A stretch of DNA of 64,000 nt from Pseudobdellovibrionaceae bacterium. Lineage in GTDB: Bacteria > Bdellovibrionota > Bdellovibrionia > Bdellovibrionales > Bdellovibrionaceae. Within the stretch, counting starts at the first letter, position 1, and each line of letters opens with the position of its first letter. A program made the translations under genes and the position numbers. This document shows, piece after piece, positions 10,073 through 20,521 of the stretch. The notes below the pieces were generated by a model. That model worked only from the letters and a program-made list of their open reading frames with translations, ran no database searches and was not told where the DNA came from. Where the stretch lies: assembly GCA_044359815.1 (NCBI GenBank), contig JBIKLL010000008.1, forward strand, positions 1 through 64,000. Direction: 5' to 3'.

Positions 10073-10495
10073 TTATCGAGTTAAAAAACAAGAATACGTA
10101 ACTGCATTGACAGGACTGTTAGGATTTCTGTTTCCCAGAACCTGAGTTACATGTCCATTTTTCATGATTTGATTAAAAATCACTTTGCGTCCTACAGGCG
10201 TCAGTTGATGAGCGAAAATTCTCATTGTGTCTTGCAATGTTGCTACGAATTTTCCATTCACTGTTCTGAGTGCAACAACGGCCTGACATGCTTTTGAACC
10301 ATCAGGTAATACCTGGAGTTGCATTGGGCCTACCCGCTTGTCCAAGATTTCAATTTGTCCATCCCTGTAATTCACAGAAGATTCACACACCAAGCTGGTG
10401 CTTTGATACAAGCAATTGTCCTCGGGCAGCTGTTGAGCCCAAGTCGTTTGCGATACCGCAATCAACGTTATTGCTGTGGTTAAAAGTGTTTTCAT
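10073..10495 (-). CDS. Hypothetical secreted protein
   Basis: Signal peptide MKTLLTTAITLIAVSQTTWA, GAGGAGG SD, 4 Cys. Confidence 0.75.
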   Translation of the reverse strand: MKTLLTTAITLIAVSQTTWAQQLPEDNCLYQSTSLVCESSVNYRDGQIEILDKRVGPMQLQVLPDGSKACQAVVALRTVNGKFVATLQDTMRIFAHQLTPVGRKVIFNQIMKNGHVTQVLGNRNPNSPVNAVTYSCFLTR

Positions 10496-10778
10496 TGTTA
10501 CCTCCTCTTTCCAGAGACTTTTGGTCTCAGTAATTTTGTGGTTGGTAACAAAATGATTATTAGCTTCTGTTTTTAAATAAAAGGCACAGACGATAGAGCA
10601 TTGACTCGGCCCAATTTAAATAAATCAAGTGATTTCAGTACGAAACAAATTTTTTCAGGGAAATTACAAATAATCATAACACAAAGAAAATTATTTTCGC
10701 CGCATTCATAAGCACAAAAATCTGAAATCGCGGACAAAAATCTTTAGAAAATCACATTTAAAAAATCTTCTGTTATTT

Positions 10779-11609
10779 TTATGTTTTTAAATTTAGGTTT
10801 TTCCGCCATTGCAGAATCAGATTCTGATTTTGAACATTCCATGGATGAAAATTCGGTTTTAACCAACCAAAATAGGGTTTCCAGTTTCTGCGCCACAAAC
10901 CCCTAGGACTTAACAAAAACCCAATATACATCTGCCAAGCACGTATCCCTCTGTATCCATCAGCTTTCAAAAGCTTAAGGGTGATCCAAGTCATATTGAC
11001 CATAAAAATATTAGAAGCGATGACAAAAGATCGTAATCGGATCAGATAGCTCAGAAAATTGTTTTTACCTTTTCTGGCTTCAAGCCAAACATCATATGCA
11101 ACTCCTTTGTGCTCAGCTTCTTCCATAGCATGCCAAAGCCATAGTTTTTTAGTGTCTTCATCAACACCATCAAACAGCTGTGGATTTTTTAAAAAATCAT
11201 CTGCCATAATGGCAGTGATGTGTTCCATCATAGCCGTTGCCATTAAACAAATATTTGGCCCGCGTGCACGAGCAATCTTTAAAACCTTCTTTATCCGATC
11301 TGCGATTTCCTTCAGTGGATAATGATTTGCATCCAGATGCTTGTTAAATCGTCCATGCTCACGCATATGATAAGATTCTTGGCCAATAAAATTTTTGATT
11401 TCTGCCCGCAGCTTTTCAGGACAAGACTTTTCAAAATTTCTGACTGACTCAATAAAAAATAATTCACCTTCAGGAAAAGTCAGCGAAAACGCATTGTAAA
11501 AATGGCTTTCTACCGGATCATTATTGAGCCAAAACTTTTTAGCTACATTTGGCTTACCTAAATTCACGTCACGCATTGGAAAGGATATTGTCTCAGGAAG
11601 ATTTGTCAT
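10779..11609 (-). CDS. Predicted metal-dependent hydrolase (ferritin-like fold)
   Basis: FPEGELFF, GQESYHMREH, MEHITA, WHAMEEAEHK motifs. Confidence 0.85.
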   Translation of the reverse strand: MTNLPETISFPMRDVNLGKPNVAKKFWLNNDPVESHFYNAFSLTFPEGELFFIESVRNFEKSCPEKLRAEIKNFIGQESYHMREHGRFNKHLDANHYPLKEIADRIKKVLKIARARGPNICLMATAMMEHITAIMADDFLKNPQLFDGVDEDTKKLWLWHAMEEAEHKGVAYDVWLEARKGKNNFLSYLIRLRSFVIASNIFMVNMTWITLKLLKADGYRGIRAWQMYIGFLLSPRGLWRRNWKPYFGWLKPNFHPWNVQNQNLILQWRKNLNLKT

Positions 11610-11612
11610 AAA

Positions 11613-12632
11613 TCACATCCTTGAATCGTAGGAATCTCGGATTGCCAGACCTATATTGATCAAAGCAATCATCGTTACTAATAGCGCAATCGCAGGGCAC
11701 CATACAAGCCATTCTGCGGTTGAAAAATATTTTTGTGCCTGTCCCATCAATTCACCCCAGCTGGGAGTAGGCGCACGTAAACCCAACCCCAGATAATCCA
11801 AAACAGCCAAGGTATACACTGAGCTGGCAATAGTGAATGGACTGAATGTAATTAATGGGGTCAGAGCATTTGGCAAAATATGTTTAAAGACCACTCTTGA
11901 ATGATTCGAACCAATGGCCTTTGCAGCTTCCACGTATTCACGTTTTCTTAGCTGAAAAAACTGCGCCCTCATTTGGTGACTGATTGCCGTCCAATCAAAC
12001 AATACGGTGAACACAATTAACAAATAAATACTGGGATCAAAAATCGCGATCAAAGTGATTAACAACAATGTTTGCGGAATCATTTCCAGTAATTCAATAA
12101 TTCTTGAGCCAAACAAATCCGTAAATCCACCCATATAACCCTGAAATGAGCCAATGGCTGTACCCAATAAATATGAAAATACCCAGACCCCAAAAGCGTA
12201 ACCCATGCTGTACCGAAAGCCATAAAGGATTCGGGCAAACACATCCCTGCCGCTTTCATCAGTTCCAAACCAGTTTTCCGAAGAAGGCGCAGAGGGGTAA
12301 GTATCCACGGTTTTGTTAGTTTCAAAAGGATCCCATTTATTTATGGGCCACAACACCCAACCGCCAGTCGAAAATTGTAACGATCTGTAATCCATTACAT
12401 AAATGTCTTCGCGGCCAAATTCTGTTGGATGATAGTTCTTTAGAACTGGAAAATAAACTTTGTTTTGATAATACAATACCAGTGGTTTTGAATTGGACCA
12501 CAATTCAGCTGTAAAACTGAAAAAACAAAAAATCATCAACACCCATAATGATAAAACTGCAATTTTGTTTTTTTTAAATCTTCTGTATCTTTTCAGAGCC
12601 AAAGAATTGGGATTAAAAAATCTTTCAATCAT
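11613..12632 (-). CDS. Peptide ABC transporter permease (OppC/YejE-like)
   Basis: WFGTDESGRD, EYVEAAKAIG EAA loop, HILPN, PSWG. Confidence 0.92.
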   Translation of the reverse strand: MIERFFNPNSLALKRYRRFKKNKIAVLSLWVLMIFCFFSFTAELWSNSKPLVLYYQNKVYFPVLKNYHPTEFGREDIYVMDYRSLQFSTGGWVLWPINKWDPFETNKTVDTYPSAPSSENWFGTDESGRDVFARILYGFRYSMGYAFGVWVFSYLLGTAIGSFQGYMGGFTDLFGSRIIELLEMIPQTLLLITLIAIFDPSIYLLIVFTVLFDWTAISHQMRAQFFQLRKREYVEAAKAIGSNHSRVVFKHILPNALTPLITFSPFTIASSVYTLAVLDYLGLGLRAPTPSWGELMGQAQKYFSTAEWLVWCPAIALLVTMIALINIGLAIRDSYDSRM

Positions 12633-13651
12633 GTAAAATCAATCCTTGGATCGACCAACACATAAACAATGTCACTGATAATTCTGCCGATCAGCAAAAA
12701 CAGTGCTGATAAAAATATTAGACCCATTATCACATTGTAATCACGGGATAGGATTGATCTGTAGCTCAGTAACCCAATCCCATCCAATTGAAAAACGGAT
12801 TCTACAATCAGTGATCCCGCTAAGAACACCCTAAAAAATCCGCCAAAACCTGAAGCAATGGGAATCAAGGCATTTCTAAGAGCATGTTTGTAGATCACGA
12901 CTTTTTCTGACAAGCCTTTGGCTCGGGCTGTGCGCACATAATCTTGTTTAATCACATCTAACATTGAGTTTCGCATCAGCATGGTTAGTTCGGTGAATCC
13001 ACCGATCATATAACAAATCAATGGCAGCACAAAATGATGAGCTCTATCCAAGAATTTTCCCCAAGTCGTCAGATCATCATAATTGTCTGATCTGAGCATC
13101 CCGATCGGGAACCATTCAAAATGCCTGCCTCCAGCGAAAAATACGATCAAAAAAATTCCAAAAATCAAAGGAGGAATGGCATATGTGAAATACAAAACCA
13201 ATCCACTGACTGTATCAAACCTGCTCCCGGCCTTGACGGCCTTAGCGATTCCAAGTGGGATACAAACTAAATAGGACAACAACAGTGAACACAATCCAAA
13301 CTGCAGCGAAATAGGAAATCTGTCGCTAATGACTTTCATGACTGGTTCTTCATAAGTAAAAGATTCGCCAAAATCCAGACGGGCCAAATTTTTTAGCCAA
13401 ATCCAATAGCGCTCGTGTACGGGTTTATCAAATCCGTATTGTTGCTTGAGAGATTCAATTACTTTTTCATTTAGAGTGGAATCCCCTCCGCGGGACATTC
13501 CACCTTCGCCGGAACTGCCAAATCGCATCGCCTGGATTTTTTGTTCAATCGGTCCACCAGGAGCTAAATTTATAATCAGAAAACTAACTAAGGTAATCCC
13601 TAGAAAGGTTGGAAACATCAAAAGAAGTCTTCTGAAAATATAAACTAACAT
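12629..13651 (-). CDS. Peptide ABC transporter permease (OppB/YejB-like)
   Basis: DFGES, DYVRTARAKGL, HALRNAL, RDY. Confidence 0.92.
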   Translation of the reverse strand: MLVYIFRRLLLMFPTFLGITLVSFLIINLAPGGPIEQKIQAMRFGSSGEGGMSRGGDSTLNEKVIESLKQQYGFDKPVHERYWIWLKNLARLDFGESFTYEEPVMKVISDRFPISLQFGLCSLLLSYLVCIPLGIAKAVKAGSRFDTVSGLVLYFTYAIPPLIFGIFLIVFFAGGRHFEWFPIGMLRSDNYDDLTTWGKFLDRAHHFVLPLICYMIGGFTELTMLMRNSMLDVIKQDYVRTARAKGLSEKVVIYKHALRNALIPIASGFGGFFRVFLAGSLIVESVFQLDGIGLLSYRSILSRDYNVIMGLIFLSALFLLIGRIISDIVYVLVDPRIDFT

Positions 13652-15267
13652 TAAGGAGACTTAGCCCACCAGTATTCTGATCCATAATCGTACTGAAAAG
13701 TCTCGGCAGGTTTTTCGACCTTATTGCTATGACCATAAAAATCAAATCTCTCGGTAAACATCCACAGATAAGGGGCATCTTCGGCAATCATCCTGTAGAT
13801 TTTGCGATTTATTGACGTTCGCTTTTTCTCATCCAATTCAGCCCGAGCTTTATCAATTAGTTTATCTACCTCAGGATTTTTGTAATGAATAAAATTTGAA
13901 CCACCAGGAACGGCACTGGTTGAATGCCAAATCTGTTTACCATCCCAATTAACTGATGTCGTCCATGCCAAATTAGCCGCATCAAATTTACCTTCATCCA
14001 AAGTTTTTAAAAATGAATTCCATTCGATGAATTTCATATCCATAACAATGCCTGCGGACTTAAGCTCTTCTTTGTACATGACTAGATAGCGTTCATATTC
14101 TTTGTTAGGGTAAATTATTGTAAAGCGAAAATCTGTTTTCTTGCCTTTGATTTGTCTGTCCAGAACTCCGTCTTTATCTGAATCTTTCCAGCCCGCTTTT
14201 GCAAATAAATCTGCTGCTTTTTTTGTATCATAGGCAATGGGTTTGATGTCTGGATCAGCGTTTTCAGATAATGGATATGCGGGGCCTGCTGCTAGTAATG
14301 ACATACTAAAACGAAATTTTTTGTTCATTTCTTCTCGGTTCATCAAATGAGCCAAAGCGATTCTCACACCTTTGTCTTTAAATATTTCGTTTTGTAGATT
14401 CCAACCAATGTATCGGTAGGGCTTGGGTCTTTTGTTTTCGGCTTTAACTTTAAATGCGGTTTTTCCCCAATTGCCACCCTCTAGTTTTTGCATAAACTGT
14501 TCAGCCGTTAAATTGTCGACTAAATCCATGTCGCCTTTGCTGATCATCTCAGAAAAAACCGTGGGATCCATAACATATCTACCAATTATGGTTTCAAAAT
14601 TATAGCTGTTGGCATACTGAGGAAGTTTGTATCCATACCATTCTTTGTATTTCTTCAAAACCAGTCGTTGGCCTTTTTCGAATTTCTCTAATTTATAAGG
14701 ACCTGCTCCAATCAGTTCTTTGGTCAGCTTTACGGATTTTTCAACATTTGAATAAATGTGTTTAGGGATGATGTACATGCCAGCTGCAGTTTCAAAATTT
14801 TGAAAATAAACTTGTTTGACGTGAAATTTCAAAGTGTGCGTGTCCACGATTTCTATTTTTTCAAAATTTTCGTAATAAGGGATTAAATTAGCAGCTTTGT
14901 ATTTAGGTTCAAAAATAGCATCGAAGCTGAACTTTACGTCCTCAGCAGTTACGGGTTTGCCGTCGTGAAAAGTCGCGTCCTTTCGCAAAAAGAAAGTAAA
15001 AACTTTGCCATCTTTTGAAATTTCCCACTTTTCAGCAAGCCTGGGTTCCCACTCCCATGAATCAATGTTTCTGGTAATCAACGAATCATTAACAATGGCA
15101 TTTACTTTTTGCGCTTCGGATGATCCGTGCATAATCGGGTGCAGATTGGGTGGTTCTGTTCGGTAATTGTAAACCAATGTTCCACCCTTTGGTGCATTGG
15201 GATTAGGAGCCGCAGCCATAGCAACAGCACCAGTAAAAATAAAATATGTTATGAACATAAAACGCAT
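13651..15267 (-). CDS. Peptide ABC transporter substrate-binding protein (family 5)
   Basis: Signal peptide, PRLAEKWEIS.DG, FHDGKPVTAEDVKFS, GAGPYKL. Confidence 0.92.
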   Translation of the reverse strand: MRFMFITYFIFTGAVAMAAAPNPNAPKGGTLVYNYRTEPPNLHPIMHGSSEAQKVNAIVNDSLITRNIDSWEWEPRLAEKWEISKDGKVFTFFLRKDATFHDGKPVTAEDVKFSFDAIFEPKYKAANLIPYYENFEKIEIVDTHTLKFHVKQVYFQNFETAAGMYIIPKHIYSNVEKSVKLTKELIGAGPYKLEKFEKGQRLVLKKYKEWYGYKLPQYANSYNFETIIGRYVMDPTVFSEMISKGDMDLVDNLTAEQFMQKLEGGNWGKTAFKVKAENKRPKPYRYIGWNLQNEIFKDKGVRIALAHLMNREEMNKKFRFSMSLLAAGPAYPLSENADPDIKPIAYDTKKAADLFAKAGWKDSDKDGVLDRQIKGKKTDFRFTIIYPNKEYERYLVMYKEELKSAGIVMDMKFIEWNSFLKTLDEGKFDAANLAWTTSVNWDGKQIWHSTSAVPGGSNFIHYKNPEVDKLIDKARAELDEKKRTSINRKIYRMIAEDAPYLWMFTERFDFYGHSNKVEKPAETFQYDYGSEYWWAKSP

Positions 15268-15340
15268 AAAAGCCTCCCCATTTAATAAACTCTCTGGTAT
15301 TCCAAACCCATTAGCAAGATGAAGTCTTTAAGTCGGGGCG

Positions 15341-16312
15341 TTGCAAAATATGGAACAAATTTTTGATGTAAAAGTAGAAGCCAGTAAAGCAGCTTTGCAC
15401 CTGTTGCCAGTGCCTTGGGATGTAACAACTTCTTATGGCAAGGGAACTTGTTTTGGTCCCGAAGTCATTTTGAAAGCCAGCTCACAGGTTGATTTATATG
15501 ACTATGAATTGGGCGATATTATTGATGCTGGATTTTATATGAATCCCATCCCCAAAAAACTGGCTGATTTAAATAAACAATCTCAAGCTTTAGCCGCTAA
15601 AAATGATGTGGTCTCTGTTAACAAAAATTGTGATGCAATGACTGAATGGGTCTATGCGGAGTCAAAAAAAATCTTAGACAGCAATAAGTTGTTGGGGATT
15701 ATTGGCGGTGACCATTCGGTACCATTGGGTGCGATAAAAGCATTATCCGAAAAGCACAAAGGTGACTTTAGTATTTTGCACATCGACGCTCATGCTGATT
15801 TAAGAATCAAATATCAGGGATTTAATCAATCCCATGCCTCTATTATGTATAATGTGATGAATGCTGATTACGCCCCTAAAAAATTAGTACAGGTTGGAAT
15901 CAGAGATTTCTGCAAAGAAGAACTGGATATAATAAATAGCGATAGGCGCATAAAGACTTATTTTGACCAACACCTTAAACAAGAATTGTTCGCTGGCGGT
16001 TCGTGGTCAAAGCAGGTTGATCAAATCATCGAAAACTTAACCAACAAAATTTATGTTTCATTTGATATTGATGGCTTGGAACCTAATTTTTGCCCCAACA
16101 CGGGGACACCTGTTGTGGGTGGAATCAGTTTTGACCAAGCCGTGTTTTTATTTTCAAAGATTTTAAAATCAGGCAAAAAAATAATTGGCTTTGATTTGGT
16201 TGAGGTTTCTTGTGGACCCATGGGAGCGCAAGCACAAACTGACTGGGACGCCAATGTCGGAGCAAGAGCTCTGTTTAAGTTGTGTGGTTACACAGTTAAA
16301 TCAAATCTTTAG
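15341..16312 (+). CDS. speB: Agmatinase (ureohydrolase family)
   Basis: GGDHS, HIDAHAD, SFDIDGL, PNTGTP, DLVEV; speA is nearby. Start may be ATG 15350. Confidence 0.85.
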   Translation: MQNMEQIFDVKVEASKAALHLLPVPWDVTTSYGKGTCFGPEVILKASSQVDLYDYELGDIIDAGFYMNPIPKKLADLNKQSQALAAKNDVVSVNKNCDAMTEWVYAESKKILDSNKLLGIIGGDHSVPLGAIKALSEKHKGDFSILHIDAHADLRIKYQGFNQSHASIMYNVMNADYAPKKLVQVGIRDFCKEELDIINSDRRIKTYFDQHLKQELFAGGSWSKQVDQIIENLTNKIYVSFDIDGLEPNFCPNTGTPVVGGISFDQAVFLFSKILKSGKKIIGFDLVEVSCGPMGAQAQTDWDANVGARALFKLCGYTVKSNL

Positions 16313-16683
16313 CCGCCCTTAGCGTATCTTTTGTTCATTGATTCTCTGATTTCAGCACCTTCAATGCTTAATCTTGTCCATGGAATCGCCAACAATCTTT
16401 CGGCTTCGATGGGCTCTTCGGTTTCTTCGCACAGGCCAAAAATCCCGGATTCGATTCTTCCCAAAGCACTTTCGATTTCAGACAACTGTTGTCTGAGTCT
16501 TTCATGACGCGATAAAAACTCAGCTTCTGCCAAGACTCTTACAGTCTGATCAGCTTCATCCCCACCCTTTTCTTCATTGTGAAGGTCGTTTCTGGACTCT
16601 CGAACCCGATTCAAGATTTCTGATTTCACTTGAATCAACTTCGCTCTGCATTCTTTGATTACTGTTGCCGGCACCATTGCCAT
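16309..16683 (-). CDS. dksA: DksA/TraR family transcription factor
   Basis: DEAD coiled-coil tip, ALGRIESG.FGLCEET.EPI..ERL.A.P; AAGGAGG SD before ATG 16683. Confidence 0.8.
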   Translation of the reverse strand: MAMVPATVIKECRAKLIQVKSEILNRVRESRNDLHNEEKGGDEADQTVRVLAEAEFLSRHERLRQQLSEIESALGRIESGIFGLCEETEEPIEAERLLAIPWTRLSIEGAEIRESMNKRYAKGG

Positions 16684-16988
16684 TTTCCCCTCCTTAGTCA
16701 TTCAGTTTGAAACCCTTCCCTCTGGTTTCAAATTGGAACTGAAACATTAGAATGATTTGAAAAAGTTTTGGCAACTAAATTCTTACAGGAACTTAAACTT
16801 TCTCAAGCAACTGTAACCTATGTTTAAATTCATTTTTGAAAGCTCTGGCACTTTTATTTTTCGCGCAATGCCATTGAGCCATCTAAAACAGAACAAAACA
16901 GTTCCAATATATTTATGTTACTCAATTGCTGAACAGGCTCGCAATATTTTGATTAAACTCTGAACTTAGGGCCTGGATAATCACCAGA

Positions 16989-17486
16989 CTATTCATCAAA
17001 GTCTATGCTGATTCTGGTTTTTGCACTGTCTGGACGCCACAGGTGATCCATGTCAATCCAGTATCTGTTTCCCTTTTCGTCTTCGACCTGAGCCCAACCG
17101 TCTTCTCCACCCAAGGCAATAAATCCCTCACCCTGTCTGGCAGGATTTGGGTAAGACTCATAATCACTACCTGGACCTGTTCTGAGCAATGACTTATCAG
17201 GCTTCACTGAAACACAGTTTAACTCTTGGGAAAACCTTCCACCACGCACCCAATAGTGCTTACCAAATTGATCTTTGATTTCGATAAACTTTTTTTGCTT
17301 TTTGCCGGTTAACACTACCGGCGTGTATTTACCCACGGCCTTTACGACTTTTGCTTTGGGATCAGGTTTGCCTCTGAGCTCAAGCACACTTGATGTTGTG
17401 CAAGCCGCCCCAGCAGAAACGGTAAAAAAAATTGAAATCAAAAATAGTCTATAGATCACAATTAGATTTTCGACGTTTCCAGGCAA
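16989..17486 (-). CDS. Secreted tandem bacterial SH3-domain protein
   Basis: Two repeats with LRGKP/LRTGPG ... WAQVED..G..YW; start codon uncertain. Confidence 0.75.
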   Translation of the reverse strand: MPGNVENLIVIYRLFLISIFFTVSAGAACTTSSVLELRGKPDPKAKVVKAVGKYTPVVLTGKKQKKFIEIKDQFGKHYWVRGGRFSQELNCVSVKPDKSLLRTGPGSDYESYPNPARQGEGFIALGGEDGWAQVEDEKGNRYWIDMDHLWRPDSAKTRISIDFDE

Positions 17487-17496
17487 AAAATCGATG

Positions 17497-17907
17497 CTAC
17501 TCCAGTCCAGTTAATGGATTTCTGGACCCTGCATTTTTAGCTACCGCATCTGGAGCCGTCAGACATGCAATCACTTGGCCCAGAAGCTCTGTAGTTAGCT
17601 TTTCATACCTGTCGATTATTTTAGACTCATTTTTATGATGGTCTCTTAGGTTATTAGCTGATCTTTTAAGCGAGCTTACCAGTTTGGCAGAATAAACTCT
17701 GTTTTTTTGAACGTTTTCAGCTTGCAAATCAAGGCTGCGAGCCAATGCAAGGTCTTTGTTTGCCATTGAAGTCAGTAAATGTGTTTGCGCTGCCTTCATG
17801 CTCTTTAAATCAGCTGCCAATTTGCTGCAGTCCTGCCCAGATTTAGCGATGGCCTGCCCGCAAAAAGCAAAAATGCAAATAAAAACCCCAATTTGATTCA
17901 TACACAC
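17497..17907 (-). CDS. Hypothetical secreted helical protein
   Basis: Signal peptide-like N-terminus, GGGG SD. Confidence 0.65.
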   Translation of the reverse strand: MCMNQIGVFICIFAFCGQAIAKSGQDCSKLAADLKSMKAAQTHLLTSMANKDLALARSLDLQAENVQKNRVYSAKLVSSLKRSANNLRDHHKNESKIIDRYEKLTTELLGQVIACLTAPDAVAKNAGSRNPLTGLE

Positions 17908-17941
17908 CCCATAGCGGAAAATAAGCTGACAGCTGAATTAT

Positions 17942-17958
17942 AGCTAAGGTTGTGCCAA
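17942..17958 (-). promoter_or_regulatory. Putative sigma54 promoter
   Basis: Minus strand TTGGCACAACCTTAGCT, with GG-N10-GC spacing. Confidence 0.6.
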
Positions 17959-18041
17959 ATTATCGCAAGCCAAAATGAATTAACTGATGATTGACTCACC
18001 GATTATCTAGTAAGACTGTAACAACTTTAGAAGTGTTAAAA

Positions 18042-20519
18042 ATGTATACAATAGGTCAATACTCAAAATTTTTTTCGTTAGCGGTATTATTTGCTTCCAC
18101 AGTGGTTGCAGGTGCCGTTATTGCCCAAAAAGGTTCTGTTAATCAAACCTCAACCAATCAACATCCTTTTGCGTTTTGGCCTTCATTCAGATTGAATTCT
18201 CAAAATCAGGGTTTTTTGAATATGAGTCTGTCATCTTTCAAACAAATTTCTGAAGTAAAGTCTTATAAAACCGATGGATTAGTTTGGAGCACTCCAGTTT
18301 TTGATTCTGAAGGCAACATTTACGTCGGCTCAGCTGATAAACACATGTATGCACTGACTCCCAATGGTCAATTAATCTGGAAATATAAAATATTTGATTT
18401 AGCGGATTCATTGATCGATTCAGCATCACTGATTACAAAACAAGGCAATGTGATCGTACCAGGCGGCGATGGCTTTTTGCATGCACTCAACAAAAAAACT
18501 GGAAAGCTTCTGTGGTCTTTCAAAGCCTTTCACGTCGATGACAAAATGCACGCCAGTGGAGTGGCTGTGAATTCATTTGAAGGCAATGTCACACAAGGCC
18601 CCTCGGGCTTGATCTATGCAGGCTCAGATAACGGTGCCATGTATGCCATCGAGGAAGATGGCAATTTAAAATGGTCTTTTCAAACTAACATGATGATTTG
18701 GTCTTCACCGGCCTTTCACCCCAAGGATAACTGGATGGTGTTTGGATCCTTGGATGGATTTATATATTTGTTAAACGCTGAAACTGGTGAGCTGCTGGAC
18801 AAGCTGAAAACCACTGGCGAGGTTAAAGCTTCGCCCGCAATTGATGATGAGGGAACCATTTATGCTGGTTCGTCAGCTGGTACAATGTATGCCCTTCAGG
18901 TTATTGAAACCAATGGCTCTAAGAAATTTCAATTAAAATGGAACCATGAACTTTATAATGAGATTTATTCGTCAGTAGCGGTCAAAGATTCGCAGATATT
19001 TTTTGGAGTGTCTGATGGCAACTTTGTGTCTTTTGATAAGACTGGAAAAAGATTATGGACCTACTTTACCAGTTCCAGAATCCTGAGTTCACCTGTTGTG
19101 ACCGCTGACAATGTTGTGATTTTTGGAGCTCGCAACGGAAAAATCTATGCTTTGAATACTGAAACAGGGCACAGAATCTGGTCTTATAAAACCACGGACA
19201 CTCGGGCAAAAAGTAATCTGGATTCCTCTGTATCAATTGGCCCCACTGGAAAGCTGGCTGTCGGTTCTTATAACGGCAATATCTTTATAATAGATGCTAA
19301 TTATTGTTTAGCACATAAAACTGATCCCAATTGCGAATTTGAAGGAACCTCGGATCATCCTGATTTTGGATCAGTGACTCCTGAAAATGGCAGTTTGATT
19401 CAGTTCGAGGACCGCAAAGGCAACTGGCTGCATGATCTGAAGGACCCAGTAGGACTTTCCAACTCAGTTAGGTTTAAACTTTTGGCTTTTGAAAAAGGCA
19501 ATTGGGTAGAAAACGCTTCAATCAATCCATTGTCTTTTCAGTTTAAAATCGAACCGAAATTTCCTGTGGACGTCAGAATTTCTGGTGATGGCCGGGTTTT
19601 TACAATTATGCCTCAGCAGCCATTTCCGCCGAATCAAAAATTTAAAATCACTGTCAAAGGAAACTATTTTCATCAGACTCATTGGTTTTTAGATCGATGG
19701 AAATGGCTGGGTTTGATTGATTTTGAGGGAAGCCTTGAGTTTGAAACCACAGGTACAGTCAAAAATCCAAAAAAACTGACCGAGAATCATGAATTTGGAA
19801 TTGATAATATGTTTTTATTCCAGCCCGAGGCTTTAGAAACATACACACCAGCTGCAATCGATGGTCAGGTTTTTTGGGTCAGAATTTTTTCAGTGAATGA
19901 AAAAAGTAACTCTTTTTTAGCGGCCATAGTTCCAGTCACCAAGTCCACAAATGAACTGAAAATACTGTATGAGCCCAGCAGATCCTTTGTGTTGAGTGGC
20001 GTTTTCATGGATCGATTTATGAAACTGAGAGGGGCATTTAAGATTGCTGCTATGGGTGGCGAAATCCCTTTTGAGAAAAGCTTTTTTCATTCTGAACTTG
20101 ATGACCAGGGCTTACCACTGAAGGGAGAATTTGTAACTGAATCACCTTGTTGGGGATTAAGGGGTAGCGGAAATTCTTTTCAGTTTCCTATGCAGCTCGC
20201 TGATTTGGTCTGCGATCATTTATTTTACATGACTACTAATGGAAAGTTCGAAAGCTTTACCGAACCAAAACCCAAAGATTCAAGATCATTGACGGTTGAA
20301 ACTTCATTTGTAAACAAACAGTATCAGTTAGTATTGAAATCAAAAAACAAAGATGAAAAATTAGTTCAGGCCGTATTGGTTGATGAAGATGGCAATCTGT
20401 TGGACCACACATCTGTCCGTATGCAGGAAAGCGAACTGATCAAATTTAATGTCCCTTACGTTAAATTTAAAACCTATGTGTTTGAAAACGCCGGCACACC
20501 CTTGGTCTTAGAAAACTAA
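18042..20519 (+). CDS. Secreted PQQ-like beta-propeller repeat protein with C-terminal beta-rich domains
   Basis: About 8 repeats of S(S/T)P...G.IY.GS.D..YAL...G.L.W; hydrophobic N-terminus; start 18042 or 17991. Confidence 0.85.
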   Translation: MYTIGQYSKFFSLAVLFASTVVAGAVIAQKGSVNQTSTNQHPFAFWPSFRLNSQNQGFLNMSLSSFKQISEVKSYKTDGLVWSTPVFDSEGNIYVGSADKHMYALTPNGQLIWKYKIFDLADSLIDSASLITKQGNVIVPGGDGFLHALNKKTGKLLWSFKAFHVDDKMHASGVAVNSFEGNVTQGPSGLIYAGSDNGAMYAIEEDGNLKWSFQTNMMIWSSPAFHPKDNWMVFGSLDGFIYLLNAETGELLDKLKTTGEVKASPAIDDEGTIYAGSSAGTMYALQVIETNGSKKFQLKWNHELYNEIYSSVAVKDSQIFFGVSDGNFVSFDKTGKRLWTYFTSSRILSSPVVTADNVVIFGARNGKIYALNTETGHRIWSYKTTDTRAKSNLDSSVSIGPTGKLAVGSYNGNIFIIDANYCLAHKTDPNCEFEGTSDHPDFGSVTPENGSLIQFEDRKGNWLHDLKDPVGLSNSVRFKLLAFEKGNWVENASINPLSFQFKIEPKFPVDVRISGDGRVFTIMPQQPFPPNQKFKITVKGNYFHQTHWFLDRWKWLGLIDFEGSLEFETTGTVKNPKKLTENHEFGIDNMFLFQPEALETYTPAAIDGQVFWVRIFSVNEKSNSFLAAIVPVTKSTNELKILYEPSRSFVLSGVFMDRFMKLRGAFKIAAMGGEIPFEKSFFHSELDDQGLPLKGEFVTESPCWGLRGSGNSFQFPMQLADLVCDHLFYMTTNGKFESFTEPKPKDSRSLTVETSFVNKQYQLVLKSKNKDEKLVQAVLVDEDGNLLDHTSVRMQESELIKFNVPYVKFKTYVFENAGTPLVLEN

Positions 20520-20521
20520 GT

